A stretch of 64,000 bases of DNA from Chloroflexota bacterium (GCA_965262895.1 OZ253568.1:3086479-3150478), one strand, 5' to 3'. Positions 1-9,657 are shown, numbered from the stretch's first letter. Notes: generated from the sequence alone by a model not told the origin. Translations and numbers: made by a program.

Positions 1-595
1 AGCTCTGGGCTTTCTTCAGCATGTCGGTGCCAATGAAGGTCGCTAATCGGTTGGCAAGATCGGTAGCCAAGATGGCAGTGCCTTCCAGTCCGGCCGCTTT
101 TGTCATCAACAATGCATCGCCGGGTTTGCATCCGCCGGCACCCATGACTTTGTGACGGCCCAATCTACCAATTGCAGTTGTGACAATGATTGGCTGTTCG
201 ATCCCGAGGGTGATTTCGCTGTGTCCGCCTAGGATTTCTATGTCCAGCGATTCAGCGGCCCGGTGCAAGTCCTGGCAGATCGTCGCCAGCCGGTTCTCGG
301 TCGATCCAACGGGGAGCAAGATGGTCGTTAATATGCCTACCGGTTCACTGGAGCACGCCGCTAGATCGTTACACGCGATGTGAACTGCCAGCCATCCGGC
401 GTTCGCGCCGGCAGCCGTGATTGGGTCGCTGGTCAGAGCGATAGTATCCTGGCCGAGTCCCAACACCGCGCAATCCAGCCCAATCCCCGGCCGCAAGAGA
501 GTCTCGGGGCGTCGCCTTCCAAGCCGGCCAAAGACGACCCTTTCGAGAATCTCGTTCGGCACCTTGCCGGGCGCTAGAGCCACATCTTTAGCCAC
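1..595 (-). CDS. AIR synthase-related (PurM/HypE/ThiL-fold) protein, N-terminal part; gene runs off the window edge
   Basis: Absent from the ORF track because no stop lies in the window. A minus-strand GTG at 595-593 opens VAKDVALAPGKVPNEILERVVFGRLG..GIGLDCAVL..LGGHSEITLG..KPGDALLMTKAAGLEGTAIL. This is the typical N-terminus and motif set of HypE-like AIR synthase family proteins. Confidence 0.6.
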   Translation of the reverse strand, partial: MAKDVALAPGKVPNEILERVVFGRLGRRRPETLLRPGIGLDCAVLGLGQDTIALTSDPITAAGANAGWLAVHIACNDLAACSSEPVGILTTILLPVGSTENRLATICQDLHRAAESLDIEILGGHSEITLGIEQPIIVTTAIGRLGRHKVMGAGGCKPGDALLMTKAAGLEGTAILATDLANRLATFIGTDMLKKAQS

Positions 596-619
596 GAGTC
601 TACCTTTACTGGAGACCTT

Positions 620-1010
620 TTTCCGCCGGTGACAAATCGCTACTTGGTACGAAAGCATGTCCCGGACTCCGAACCGGGACAGATTTCGGTAGGGGCGCGC
701 GACACCAACGACTAACTGCCCAACGTGAACAGCCGATAGTAGACACAGAAAAATGTAGGGCTGGTGCCTGTCCCCAGCCGAGGCACTCGGCTAGCCGGCC
801 GGCGAATCCCGCCATGCACACTCTCGTAATTCCCCATTATTCCCCGATCTCGTCATTGCGGCGGTCACAGGCATGCCCTGTACCCCGTTGCGGGGCCGGA
901 ATCCAGAGGAGACATGGGGCCACCGATGCTAATCGAACACCTCAGCCAACCAACCAATCCAACTTTCATACCTTGGTGTGCCGGCGCAGGACGCGATTGA
1001 ATAGCCCAAC
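620..1010. repeat. Mosaic cluster of REP-like hairpin units (A, D, E, B)
   Basis: Unit definitions used throughout. A=GAAAGCATGTCCCGGACTCCGATCCGGGA. B=TTTTCATACCnnGGTGTGCCGGCGCCAGCCGGCATGAGCGATTGC. C=GTCATTCCGGCGAAGGCCGGAATCCAGAGGGGAGG. D=AATGTAGCGCTGGGGCTTGTCCCCAGC. E=GCATGCCCCGTACCCCGATACGGGGC. F=GGGCGAyTCnnGAATCGCCC. G=GATGGTTCCCGTCACGCCCGC. Each contains a short GC-rich palindrome. Copies of A, D, E and B occur here and recur at least 8 more times in the window. Confidence 0.7.
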
Positions 1011-1116
1011 TGCCTGGGTAATTCCTTGCACGGTTTGTATGGTGTTCGTATCGGAGTTGAGTGTGGCTAACCGCCAAAGCTACGGGCGTTTCAAGACGCT
1101 GCGCAGTGCTAACTTC

Positions 1117-1398
1117 CTATTTTCCACGAACTGTGGCGGTCAGATTTGAGCCGGCGCTGAAGCTGACGCGGCGGCTCTCTGATACTTGGATAGGCTCGCC
1201 GGTGCTAGGGTTCCGGCCGGTGCGCGCTTTGGTCTCTTTGACTCTGAAGCTGCCAAATCCGGTGAGACGTACGTTTTCGCCATCAGCCAGACTACTCTCT
1301 AGAGTTGACAAGATGGAACTTATGACCTGAGTTGCCTTGGATATAGTTAGGCCGTTATCCTTTGCAACTGCGTGTGCGAGCGCGCTCTTTGTCAACAT
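1117..1398 (-). CDS. hup: HU/IHF-family DNA-binding protein
   Basis: 93 aa. The sequence ...GFGSFRVKETKARTGRNPSTGEPIQV... is the canonical HU beta-arm signature. Confidence 0.9.
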   Translation of the reverse strand: MLTKSALAHAVAKDNGLTISKATQVISSILSTLESSLADGENVRLTGFGSFRVKETKARTGRNPSTGEPIQVSESRRVSFSAGSNLTATVRGK

Positions 1399-1532
1399 GC
1401 GAGCCTGCCTCCCTTTGTGTCTCTGAGTGCTGCGTAATTGAAATGGGGTAGCCTGACCATCTGCAAAACGCCGTATTTGAGATGATTGGCAGCGAACATA
1501 TTATACGTATCGCGGGAATTTGCCAAATTAAA

Positions 1533-2129
1533 TCATGGCGTGCGATCTTGTCGTACTTGCCGCCGGCCCGCTGCCGTTAGCTCTGCCAGAGTCTCATCAG
1601 TCAGCCAGACTCGATAAGCCATCAGCCGCCGTCCACTATCCAACATCCTCTGGCGGATCGGGCCCTGAAGCTGCTTTAGCGACACCCTTCGCACTTCACT
1701 GATCTCCACCGTGTCGCTGGCATATAGGTCACCGGCGGTCGATCGCGCGCTGAAGACATGTGTTGTCCAATCGACCGTTTTCTCACCGGCGAAGAATTGC
1801 ACCTGAGCCCGCACAAGGTAGCGCTCCAGAGAGACATCCAAACCGGTCTCCTCTTTAGCTTCGCGCCCCGCGCCGGCCTCCAGCGACTCACCGGGCGACA
1901 GCCCACCACCGGGCGCGCGGTAGACACCAGTTGGATAGTTGTGCTTGGCTATCACCACTACCTGCTCGCCCTCGATGATGAAGAATGTGACGTCATGAGC
2001 GCGTCGGTTCTTTTGACTGGCGATAATCATATCGATCTCGCCGGTCGACACCTCGTGGCTGAACCGGAAACTTCGCGGTGTCCCGTATGAGGCTTCCCAA
2101 GATCTAACTGTGTCAGGGTCTATGAACAT
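1533..2129 (-). CDS. NUDIX hydrolase
   Basis: Nudix box GGGLSPGESLEAGAGREAKEETGL (Gx5Ex7REx2EExG). Confidence 0.85.
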   Translation of the reverse strand: MFIDPDTVRSWEASYGTPRSFRFSHEVSTGEIDMIIASQKNRRAHDVTFFIIEGEQVVVIAKHNYPTGVYRAPGGGLSPGESLEAGAGREAKEETGLDVSLERYLVRAQVQFFAGEKTVDWTTHVFSARSTAGDLYASDTVEISEVRRVSLKQLQGPIRQRMLDSGRRLMAYRVWLTDETLAELTAAGRRQVRQDRTP

Positions 2130-2267
2130 GTGTCTGGTATCCTCGCATGGCCAACTGGCCCGTCACGACCTTAGCTTCGCGATTAGGGTCGGCCGGCTCA
2201 GCCTTAGGCCGGCGAGTTGCTATTATAATCTCGTCCTGCGCCCGATTCCCCTTGTATGATGAACGTC

Positions 2268-2760
2268 GTAACTGTTCAGATTTAGGGGTATCTGCTCCGT
2301 ACGGGCGTATTATCGCACCAACGAGTGTCTACCAACGCCGAGGGCGCCCGATCGGCGCATTCCAAGAAAGGGTTGCAAGGGCGAAGCCCTTGCCGGGGGT
2401 GGGGGGTGTCCCCCACAACAAAGATTCCCCCTTCTCGTGGCCAGAGGCTGTCTCACAAGTCCAAAGGGCAGCGATAAGCGCAATTCCGACCTTCGTATTT
2501 GGTCGATTTCATCAATAATGAACCGTTAACTAGGTCATGATGAGAAGGTCCCGCCGTATTTCGTACCTCACACAGAGTTATGAGACGAACTCTGGCCAGG
2601 AGAAGGGGGTCAGGGAGATGAGGTCCACCACCTGGTGGGTTTGACATGGATAGGGTCGGAAATCACCCCTTGACCGCTGACTGAGGTCCTGAATGGCAAC
2701 GCAGCCGATCCAGTTCAGGGACACCGAGGAGAGAAAATACACCCAAATCTGAACTGTTGC
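2268..2760. mobile_element. MITE copy 1 (IS66-like ends, carries nested insertion)
   Basis: Left end GTAACTGTTCAGATTTAGGGG; right end is the reverse complement GCAACAGTTCAGATTTGGGTG. 8-bp target duplication TGAACGTC (2260-2267) / TGAACGCC (2761-2768). Homologous to 12086-12569 and 30302-30583. Confidence 0.75.
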
Positions 2761-2821
2761 TGAACGCCCCTTTCCAGGATGTTCCGAGGCTCCAATTTAT
2801 TTGTGTCGAGGAGGTTGAGAA

Positions 2822-3802
2822 ATGAGAACCAGAATCGTTATTCCTGACGACTTTCCACCGGTCTACAAGGGACATCCTGAGCTCGAACGACTGAAAGAGC
2901 TCGGCGACGTTGCGGTATACGATACCAAGGCCATCGATACCGAGGAGTTGGCCGGCCGGCTCGCAAATGCTGAGGTCGTGGTGAATGTGCGTGCGTTCAG
3001 TCGCTTCGACCGGCACTTGCTTGCCCGCCTACCCGAGCTGAAGTTGATCTCGATTCTTGGCACCGGCACCGACAATGTCGATCTGGACGCGGCCACAGAT
3101 CTCGGCGTCGTGGTCGCCAACGCGCCCGGCGCGTCCACCACCTCAGTTGCTGAATTGAACTTCGCTTTGATACTCGCAGTCGCTCGTGCCGTGGCACTGT
3201 CTGATCGCAAGGTGCGCGAAGGCGTCTGGCATCACCAACATGGGATGGAGCTGGACGGCAAGACCATCGGCATAGTCGGATTGGGTCTGATCGGCTCCGA
3301 GGTAGCTAGGTTTGCCCAGGCATTTGGAATGAACGCAGTAGCCTGGTCCTTCAGTCACGACCCTGTACGCGCCGACCGGCTTGGCATCCGTCTGGTCGAT
3401 CTGGACGACCTGTTTCGTATATCCGACGTTGTCTCACTCCATGTACGCAACTCCCCCGAAGCAGCCGGTCTTGTCGGCCCCAGGCAGATCGGCCTGATGA
3501 AACGCGGCTCCATACTGATAAACACGGCGCGGGCCGCGGTTGTCGACGAAGATTCGTTGCTCGCCGCCCTCCGGGAGGGTCGGCTCGCCGGAGCCGGCTT
3601 GGATGTGTTCGCTCAGGAGCCATTGCCGGCTGACAACCCGTGGGTCCAGCTTGACAATGTTGTCTTGACCCCCCACGTCGGATGGGTCACGCACGATTCA
3701 TCCGAACGGCTGATGAAAATGCCAGGCGACAACATAGTCGCCTTCCTGGAAGGAAAGCCGGCTAATGTTGTGAACCCAGAGGCTCTTAATCGCCGGCGCT
3801 GA
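2822..3802 (+). CDS. D-isomer-specific 2-hydroxyacid dehydrogenase
   Basis: 326 aa. NAD-binding GIVGLGLIGSEVA, with catalytic R..E..H context (..NTARAAVVDE.. ..LTPHVG). Confidence 0.9.
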   Translation: MRTRIVIPDDFPPVYKGHPELERLKELGDVAVYDTKAIDTEELAGRLANAEVVVNVRAFSRFDRHLLARLPELKLISILGTGTDNVDLDAATDLGVVVANAPGASTTSVAELNFALILAVARAVALSDRKVREGVWHHQHGMELDGKTIGIVGLGLIGSEVARFAQAFGMNAVAWSFSHDPVRADRLGIRLVDLDDLFRISDVVSLHVRNSPEAAGLVGPRQIGLMKRGSILINTARAAVVDEDSLLAALREGRLAGAGLDVFAQEPLPADNPWVQLDNVVLTPHVGWVTHDSSERLMKMPGDNIVAFLEGKPANVVNPEALNRRR

Positions 3803-3807
3803 TCGCG

Positions 3808-4128
3808 TTACTCTTCCCCTGCTCGCTGTTGGCAACTGCTCAGGTGTGGGCGACGGCGGATCAACAACCAGCGCTTCGCCTCGGCATGCATGTCGGCAAG
3901 GTCCGGCTGGTCAACTATCATCATCCGCATCCGGATCGCGACGAAGTCGTCGTTCGCCTGAACCAAGTTGAGCAACGGCCGATTGGCCATAATCTTGCCC
4001 CACTTCGCCGCAAACTGCCGGAGCGCGCTGACATCCAGCCTACGCAAGGTGGTTGAGAGCTCTTGGTTGAAGACCCTCGTGTCGTATCGCTCGACCAAGA
4101 CTGCCTCCTCGCGTGTCCCGCAAGCCAT
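3808..4128 (-). CDS. hypothetical protein
   Basis: 106-aa ORF with protein-like helical composition that fills the gap between flanking genes. No recognisable motif. Confidence 0.4.
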   Translation of the reverse strand: MACGTREEAVLVERYDTRVFNQELSTTLRRLDVSALRQFAAKWGKIMANRPLLNLVQANDDFVAIRMRMMIVDQPDLADMHAEAKRWLLIRRRPHLSSCQQRAGEE

Positions 4129-4306
4129 TCACTTGACGTAAGCACGTTCACGATTCAGACCCAGGACTTTTCGACCCACTCGGGTAGCGCCTTGAACCGC
4201 AGTGTCCCCTCTAGTGAACCGATATAGCACGGCCGGACATGTACAATGGTGGGCTGGCGCGATGTCGATCTGGCCTGACTACCCACACCCATGGCGAGGT
4301 ACAGTG

Positions 4307-5083
4307 ATGTTGATTGGTGCGATGAATCACCCTATGCGCGATCTGGTACAGGAGATACGGGACTTTGCCGAAGCTGACTTCGACTTCGTAGATATCACCC
4401 TGGAGCCCACCGGAGCCCGGCCGGACCAGGTCGACGTCAAGTCTATTCGCCGGGTATTGGACAGCACTAGATTGCAGGCAGTGGGACACACCGCTTGGTA
4501 TATGCCGATCGCTTCGCAGTTTCCCGAGCTGCGTCAAGCGGGATTAGAAATTCTCGAACGGTGCATCCAGACTTTCAGCGAGCTTCAGATCCCACTCATG
4601 AACGTCCACCCCGACATACGGAGAGAGCAACGCGGCCCCGACGCCTTGGCGAGCGCGAATGCAGAATCTATCGCTCACCTCGCCGAGGTTGGCCAAAGCC
4701 TCGGAGTTCGCTTGATGGTCGAAAATCAGGCCGGACCGTTCAGCCAGGTGAAATACATGAGTCGCATTTTGGACGCTGCGCCAACGGCTGGATTTCATCT
4801 CGACGCCGCCCACTCGAACCTCTACGGCGATTACAATCGGGTCGATGAGTTGCTGGAGGCGTTTGCCGACCGGCTAGTCCATGTCCATCTGAGTGATAAC
4901 AAAGGTGGTGATTGGGACCTCCATCTCCCGCTTGGGGCTGGAAATATCGATTGGCAGCGAGTAATTCGCTCCTTGAAGAGCGTCGGATACGACAGTACCG
5001 TAACGCTAGAAGTATTCGCGGATAGAGAGTTGCTTAGGCTGAGCCGCCAGTTACTTCGACAGTGGTGGGACCAAGCTGGTTGA
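4307..5083 (+). CDS. sugar phosphate isomerase/epimerase (xylose isomerase-like TIM barrel)
   Basis: Motifs ..MNVHP.., ..LMVEN.., ..FHLDAAHSNL.., ..HVHLSDN.. are typical of AP_endonuc_2/TIM-barrel family proteins. The ATG at 4307 is preferred over the upstream GTG at 4202. Confidence 0.8.
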   Translation: MLIGAMNHPMRDLVQEIRDFAEADFDFVDITLEPTGARPDQVDVKSIRRVLDSTRLQAVGHTAWYMPIASQFPELRQAGLEILERCIQTFSELQIPLMNVHPDIRREQRGPDALASANAESIAHLAEVGQSLGVRLMVENQAGPFSQVKYMSRILDAAPTAGFHLDAAHSNLYGDYNRVDELLEAFADRLVHVHLSDNKGGDWDLHLPLGAGNIDWQRVIRSLKSVGYDSTVTLEVFADRELLRLSRQLLRQWWDQAG

Positions 5084-5155
5084 GCAAGTCGAAGTCGCCA
5101 ATCCACGGTCAAGCGGGCGAGGCCGCTATTGGAAATGAACGAGAGGTGAATAGCT

Positions 5156-6181
5156 TTGGCTGACCAGATCAGAATTGTTGTTACCGGTCCCCAGATTACC
5201 CCGAGCCACGACGAATGGACCCAGATGGAAGCGGCAGGCCTCGATCTTACGCATCTGCCGACGACGTCGGAGGATGAGATCATCGCCGGCTCCCGTGACG
5301 CACACGGAATGATCGGCACGTTCGGCCCGTATCTCACTCGAAAAACGTTCGCATCGTTGCCTAATCTGCAGTTGTTGGTCTTTTGTAGCGTCGGTTTCGA
5401 CCGGGTAGACGTCGATGCCGCAACCGAGTTTGGCGTTGCGGTGGCCAATAGCCCGACATTTTGTATCGAAGAAGTCGCTGACACCGCTTCTATGCTTCTC
5501 CTGAACTGCGCCCGCCGGGTGCCTCAGCAGCTTTCATCCTTCCGCCAACATGGATGGGATATTCGCAAAGCGCTTGACAGCATGGGACGCGTCAACAGGC
5601 TAAGCCGGCAGACGCTAGGCTTTGTCGGCTTTGGGAGGATTGGTCAGGGAGTAGCCGAGAACCTCGCCGGCTTTGGTATGCGTTACCTCGTCTACGATCC
5701 GTATATTGCGCCGGAACTCGCGGACGCTTGGAACGTTGAACAGGTGTCCCTAGAGGAGTTGTGCCGTCTCAGTGACCTGATATCGGTACACGCGCCCCAC
5801 AGCGCCGATACTCATCACCTACTAACGACTCGGCATTTCAAAATGATGAAGCCGACGGCTCATGTCGTTAATACATCGCGTGGGCCGGTCATCGACGAAG
5901 CCGCACTGATCGCAGCGCTCGAGAATGGCTGGATCGGCGGCGCGGCGTTGGACGTGATGGAGCAGGAACCACCTGTTGTCGACAATCCGTTGCTTGATAT
6001 GCACAACGTTCTGTTGACTGCGCACACCGCCAGCTTCTCGGTGGAGTCACTGGTTGACAACCGCCGAAACGCCGTCGCCGAAATGACCAGAGTCTTCATA
6101 GATCGACGCTGGCCGGTGGCTCTGGTTAACCCGACGGTCAAGGGTACGGCTCGCCTGCGGTCCGTTGTCACAGAGGATTGA
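5156..6181 (+). CDS. D-2-hydroxyacid dehydrogenase family protein (CtBP-like)
   Basis: 341 aa. GFVGFGRIGQGVA NAD motif; ..NTSRGPVIDE.. and ..LTAHTAS.. motifs. Confidence 0.85.
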   Translation: MADQIRIVVTGPQITPSHDEWTQMEAAGLDLTHLPTTSEDEIIAGSRDAHGMIGTFGPYLTRKTFASLPNLQLLVFCSVGFDRVDVDAATEFGVAVANSPTFCIEEVADTASMLLLNCARRVPQQLSSFRQHGWDIRKALDSMGRVNRLSRQTLGFVGFGRIGQGVAENLAGFGMRYLVYDPYIAPELADAWNVEQVSLEELCRLSDLISVHAPHSADTHHLLTTRHFKMMKPTAHVVNTSRGPVIDEAALIAALENGWIGGAALDVMEQEPPVVDNPLLDMHNVLLTAHTASFSVESLVDNRRNAVAEMTRVFIDRRWPVALVNPTVKGTARLRSVVTED

Positions 6182-6189
6182 TGCCTATA

Positions 6190-6910
6190 ACGTAGCCCGT
6201 ATAGATTCAGATTGGTACGAAAGCATGTCCCGGACTCCGATCCGGGATGAATTCCGGCGCCGGCCGGCGACACCAACCACCGTCACCTGAACAACGACTG
6301 CCCAGGGTCGCAAGAGAAATGTAGCGCTGGGGCTTGTCCCCAGCTGGGGAGGGGCCGCACGCGGCAATGATGCCCGAACTCTACTGCCTACCAGCACCCG
6401 CAATTTTCATACCTCAGTGTGCCGGCGCCAGCCGGCGTGAGCGATTGGTACGAAAATGATGCTACGCAGCCTCGAAAGTGCCTGAATGCCACCGCCCCCG
6501 CACTCGTCAGTCCGGTCCTGTCCCCCGATCGTCAGTCCGGTCCCCCAAACGTCATTCCGGCGGAAGCCGGAATCCAGAGGGGAGGGGTGGCACCAACCAC
6601 ACCCAAACAGTTCCAACGACCAGGTCTCATTTTCATACCCTGGTGTGCCGGCACCAGCCGGCATGAACGATTGCGATGAAAGCATGTCCCGGACTCCGAT
6701 CCGGGATAGGCGCTCCAATCAGCCTCGAGGGCGCCTCCCTACACCCTAAACTTGTCGAACCGTGAATTTACAGCCCATTGTGGAGGGAGAAAATGTAGCG
6801 CTGGGGATTGTCCCCTGCCAAGGACGCTCGGCCAGCCGGAAAGGTCTCTTTCCTAGCCCTTGACGGCAGAGGATAGAAGCCTGCCCCGTACCCCGATACG
6901 GGGGTGAGGG
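6190..6910. repeat. Mosaic cluster of REP-like hairpin units (A, D, B, C, B+A, D, E)
   Basis: Unit A near 6215. Unit D near 6313 and 6793. Unit B near 6397 and 6623. Unit C near 6543. Unit A near 6672. Unit E near 6882. The small ORFs on both strands here are translations of these repeats. Confidence 0.75.
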
Positions 6911-7002
6911 CGAACTGCTTCCGGCACCGGATCGCGACGCCAGTGACAGGACGCCGGCGAATGTGTTACAGTTTGGCCCATTGAAAACAGAATACTCGAT
7001 CC

Positions 7003-7163
7003 GGTCAGGTGCCCCGCAACGGGAGAATAGGGAAGGCGGTGTAAGTCCGCCGTGGTTGCGCCACTGTGATCGGGGGTTTTGCCAGTATCCACCCAGCGCT
7101 TGGGCGATAGGGCGGGGACGGCAAGTACTCTAGACCCCCGTAAGCCAGGAGACCTGCCTGACC
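7003..7163 (+). promoter_or_regulatory. cobalamin (B12) riboswitch
   Basis: P1 stem GGTCAGGT...GCCTGACC. Conserved core AATAGGGAAGGCGGTGTAAGTCCGCC...GCGCCACTGT. B12-box AAGCCAGGAGACCTGCC. Lies about 110 nt upstream of the btuC-like gene. Confidence 0.9.
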
Positions 7164-7271
7164 CGGTTGGTAGATCGCTCTTCGCACCAAAGTGGTCGAC
7201 TACCCGGTAAGGCTTGACGATGGCTTACCGACCTCGGACCTCCAGCGAAGATAAGCGGGAGGTCCTTTAGT

Positions 7272-8348
7272 TTGCGCGTCGCGCCACTCCAATCAATATG
7301 GCGGCTCAGGGAAGCTGGCGTCACTACCTCCTTGGCAATCGGCGCGAGCCTGCTGGCCATGTTGCTGATATTGGCTTCACTGGTCTCCGTGACTCTGGGA
7401 CCGGTCAACATTCCAGCCGTCCAAGTTGCCGCAGTCGTGCTTGCGCCGCTGGGGTTGGAGGTCGCTCCCTATAGCCGCACCGAAGAGTTGGTCGTCGAAC
7501 AGTTGCGCTTACCGCGAATCATCGTCGCCGCATTGGTGGGAATGGCTCTCGGCATAGCCGGCGCGACAATGCAAGGTCTGTTCCGCAATCCGATGGCCGA
7601 TCCTGGAATCATCGGGGTATCGGCCGGCGGCGCGGCTGGCGCAGTATTGTCCATAGCCTTGGGACTTAGCCGGCTGTTCTTTCTGGCGTTGCCTCTCTTC
7701 GCATTCCTGGGTGCAATGGGAGCGGCATTTCTCGTTTATGGCATCGCCATCGCCGGCGGGCGAGTTTCTATGGCGACATTGCTTCTCGCGGGGGTTGCCG
7801 TCAGCGCATTTCTTGGCGCGGTCATCTCCGCCGTTCTTGTGCTGGTTCCAAGCAATGAGGCGCTGCGAGAGATCCTGTTCTGGCTGGCAGGGGGACTGGA
7901 CTCCCGAAGCTGGGACCACGTTCACCTGTCCGCACCGCTGATCCTCGCCGGCTCTGCTCTGATAGTCATTCTCGCTCGCGACATCAATCTGCTTATGCTT
8001 GGCGATGACGATGCTAAGTCGATGGGCGTGCGCGTTGGAGTCATCCGGCCGATTCTAATTGCGGCCGCGTCACTAGTAACCGGTGTGGCAGTAGCCGTCA
8101 GCGGGACGATTGCCTTCGTTGGCCTCGTGGTGCCCCACATGTTGAGGCTCGTATTTGGCCCCGACCATCGGGTCCTGATCCCGGTCAGCGCCCTAGGAGG
8201 CGCGTCGTTCTTGGTCATCGCCGACACGCTGGCCCGCGTTGTAGTCCAGCCGGCCGAGTTCCGAGTAGGCATAATCACGGCGTTCGTTGGAGCGCCATTC
8301 TTCATCTTTCTGCTGGTGCACAACAGACGCCGCGCGGAAGCCCTTTGA
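7272..8348 (+). CDS. btuC: FecCD-family ABC permease (corrinoid importer, BtuC-like)
   Basis: 358 aa, polytopic, with FecCD signatures (..RNPMADPGIIGVS.., ..GTIAFVGLVVPH..). Sits downstream of the B12 riboswitch. Confidence 0.9.
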   Translation: MRVAPLQSIWRLREAGVTTSLAIGASLLAMLLILASLVSVTLGPVNIPAVQVAAVVLAPLGLEVAPYSRTEELVVEQLRLPRIIVAALVGMALGIAGATMQGLFRNPMADPGIIGVSAGGAAGAVLSIALGLSRLFFLALPLFAFLGAMGAAFLVYGIAIAGGRVSMATLLLAGVAVSAFLGAVISAVLVLVPSNEALREILFWLAGGLDSRSWDHVHLSAPLILAGSALIVILARDINLLMLGDDDAKSMGVRVGVIRPILIAAASLVTGVAVAVSGTIAFVGLVVPHMLRLVFGPDHRVLIPVSALGGASFLVIADTLARVVVQPAEFRVGIITAFVGAPFFIFLLVHNRRRAEAL

Positions 8349-9628
8349 AACCACCACTTCGAAACCAAGTTGGGAGGCACATTTTGTCGCAAGACTCTTC
8401 ACGTCGCAAGTTCACCCGCCGGCGTTTTATAGCTGGCTTAGGAACGGCAGTAATCCTGCCCGTCTTGTCCGCGTGCCAACCTCAGATCATCGAAACCGAG
8501 AGGGTTCACGTTGTCGAGAAGGACGTGCCGGTCGATCGGATCGTGACACAGATCGTCAGGGAAGAGGTTGAGAGGGTAGTAACCGTCGAGATCGAGAAGC
8601 CAGTCCAAGTCGAAAAAGTCGTGACGGTCCAGGTAGAGAAGCAGGTAGTCGTCGAGAGACCAGTCGAGACGGTAATAACTCAGGTCGTGATTAGGGAATT
8701 GGTCATCCTTGAAGGGATTCCCGGCATCGTCGACCCTACGAATACCGGCTGGCCCCGGGATGTGGAAGGACTCAACGGGAGAGTGACGATCCAAGCCAAA
8801 CCGGGGCGAATCCATACCGTCTCCCTCGGACATGACGAAGTGACGTACGCACTGGTTCCGGCCGATAGAGTCGTGGCTGTAGGCAAATACACGCAGTCGC
8901 CGGAATATTCCAACGTAGCCGATCTGGCGCAAAAAGTGGACGGAATTGGCCGCGACCCTGAGCAGATCGTAGCCCAGAGGCCCGACATCGTCATCGCCAG
9001 CCCATTCACCAAGAAAGACCTTATCGAAGCGCTCGAAAACGCCGGAATCGTCGTTGTCCAAACACAGCTCCACAATGATCCGGCCGGCCGAATCCAGGAC
9101 ATACTATTGATGGGATACGTTCTTGGCGAAGAGGAGCGTGCGCTGACCTTGGCGGCCGAAGTTCGAAGCCGGCACCATGCCTTGACCGACGTCGTGCGAG
9201 CGAAGCCGGCAGATACCTGGCCTCGGGTGCTGGCGCTCACGTCCTACTCCGATGCGCTATATGTCGCTGGCATTGGCTCCACGGAGGGAAACATCATCGA
9301 AACAGCCGGCGGCGTCAACGTAGCGGCGGAAGCCGGCATCGAACGCAATACGACCACCAGCCTCGAGGGTGTCATCGCGATGAGTCCAGAAGTCATAATC
9401 ATCGCTCAGCCCGCCGACGGTGCTGAGAAATTCAGGGAGCAACTTCTCGACAATAAGGCCCTGGCGGAAGTCCCGGCCATCAAAGGCGGAAGAGTGTACC
9501 CGGTTGATCCCAAGCTATTCACCACCCTCTCATTCTGGAACATCCGTGGGGCCGAGGAGCTTGCCAAGATGTTGTGGCCAGACGATTTCGGAGACCTGGA
9601 ATATGGACCCTTTAGTCTGCCGGAGTAG
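8345..9628 (+). CDS. btuF: periplasmic-binding-protein-type substrate-binding lipoprotein (BtuF-like) with Tat/lipobox signal and V/E-rich linker
   Basis: SRRKFTRRRFIAGLGTAVILPVLSAC signal, then a repetitive V/E-rich stretch, then a class-8 SBP domain. The start overlaps the btuC stop; the exact start is uncertain. Confidence 0.85.
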   Translation: MKPPLRNQVGRHILSQDSSRRKFTRRRFIAGLGTAVILPVLSACQPQIIETERVHVVEKDVPVDRIVTQIVREEVERVVTVEIEKPVQVEKVVTVQVEKQVVVERPVETVITQVVIRELVILEGIPGIVDPTNTGWPRDVEGLNGRVTIQAKPGRIHTVSLGHDEVTYALVPADRVVAVGKYTQSPEYSNVADLAQKVDGIGRDPEQIVAQRPDIVIASPFTKKDLIEALENAGIVVVQTQLHNDPAGRIQDILLMGYVLGEEERALTLAAEVRSRHHALTDVVRAKPADTWPRVLALTSYSDALYVAGIGSTEGNIIETAGGVNVAAEAGIERNTTTSLEGVIAMSPEVIIIAQPADGAEKFREQLLDNKALAEVPAIKGGRVYPVDPKLFTTLSFWNIRGAEELAKMLWPDDFGDLEYGPFSLPE

Positions 9629-9657
9629 CCACAGGACGGACAGGAGCGGCCCATAGA

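Noticed and set aside
1-595. The edge gene as selenophosphate synthetase SelD (same PurM-like fold; would fit the selenoprotein finding)
   Set aside because: The N-terminus lacks the SelD Cys/Sec-Gly-Cys-Lys loop and instead matches the HypE-like 'GKVPNEILERVVF' type start.
2456-2580. Hammerhead-ribozyme-like motifs (TGATGA ... CGAA) inside the inverted 125-bp core
   Set aside because: The candidate core has A or U where the invariant C3 should be. Unpaired nucleotides separate the box from the putative stem II. No proper GAAA/stem III/cleavage-site arrangement could be drawn.
2268-2760. The ~290/490-nt element as a large structured ncRNA or riboswitch (5' and 3' ends are complementary)
   Set aside because: All three copies have 8-bp target-site duplications. 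Differences in the terminal helix are not compensated: the 5' arm varies while the 3' arm stays constant. One copy sits inside a disrupted ORF. A MITE explains the data better.
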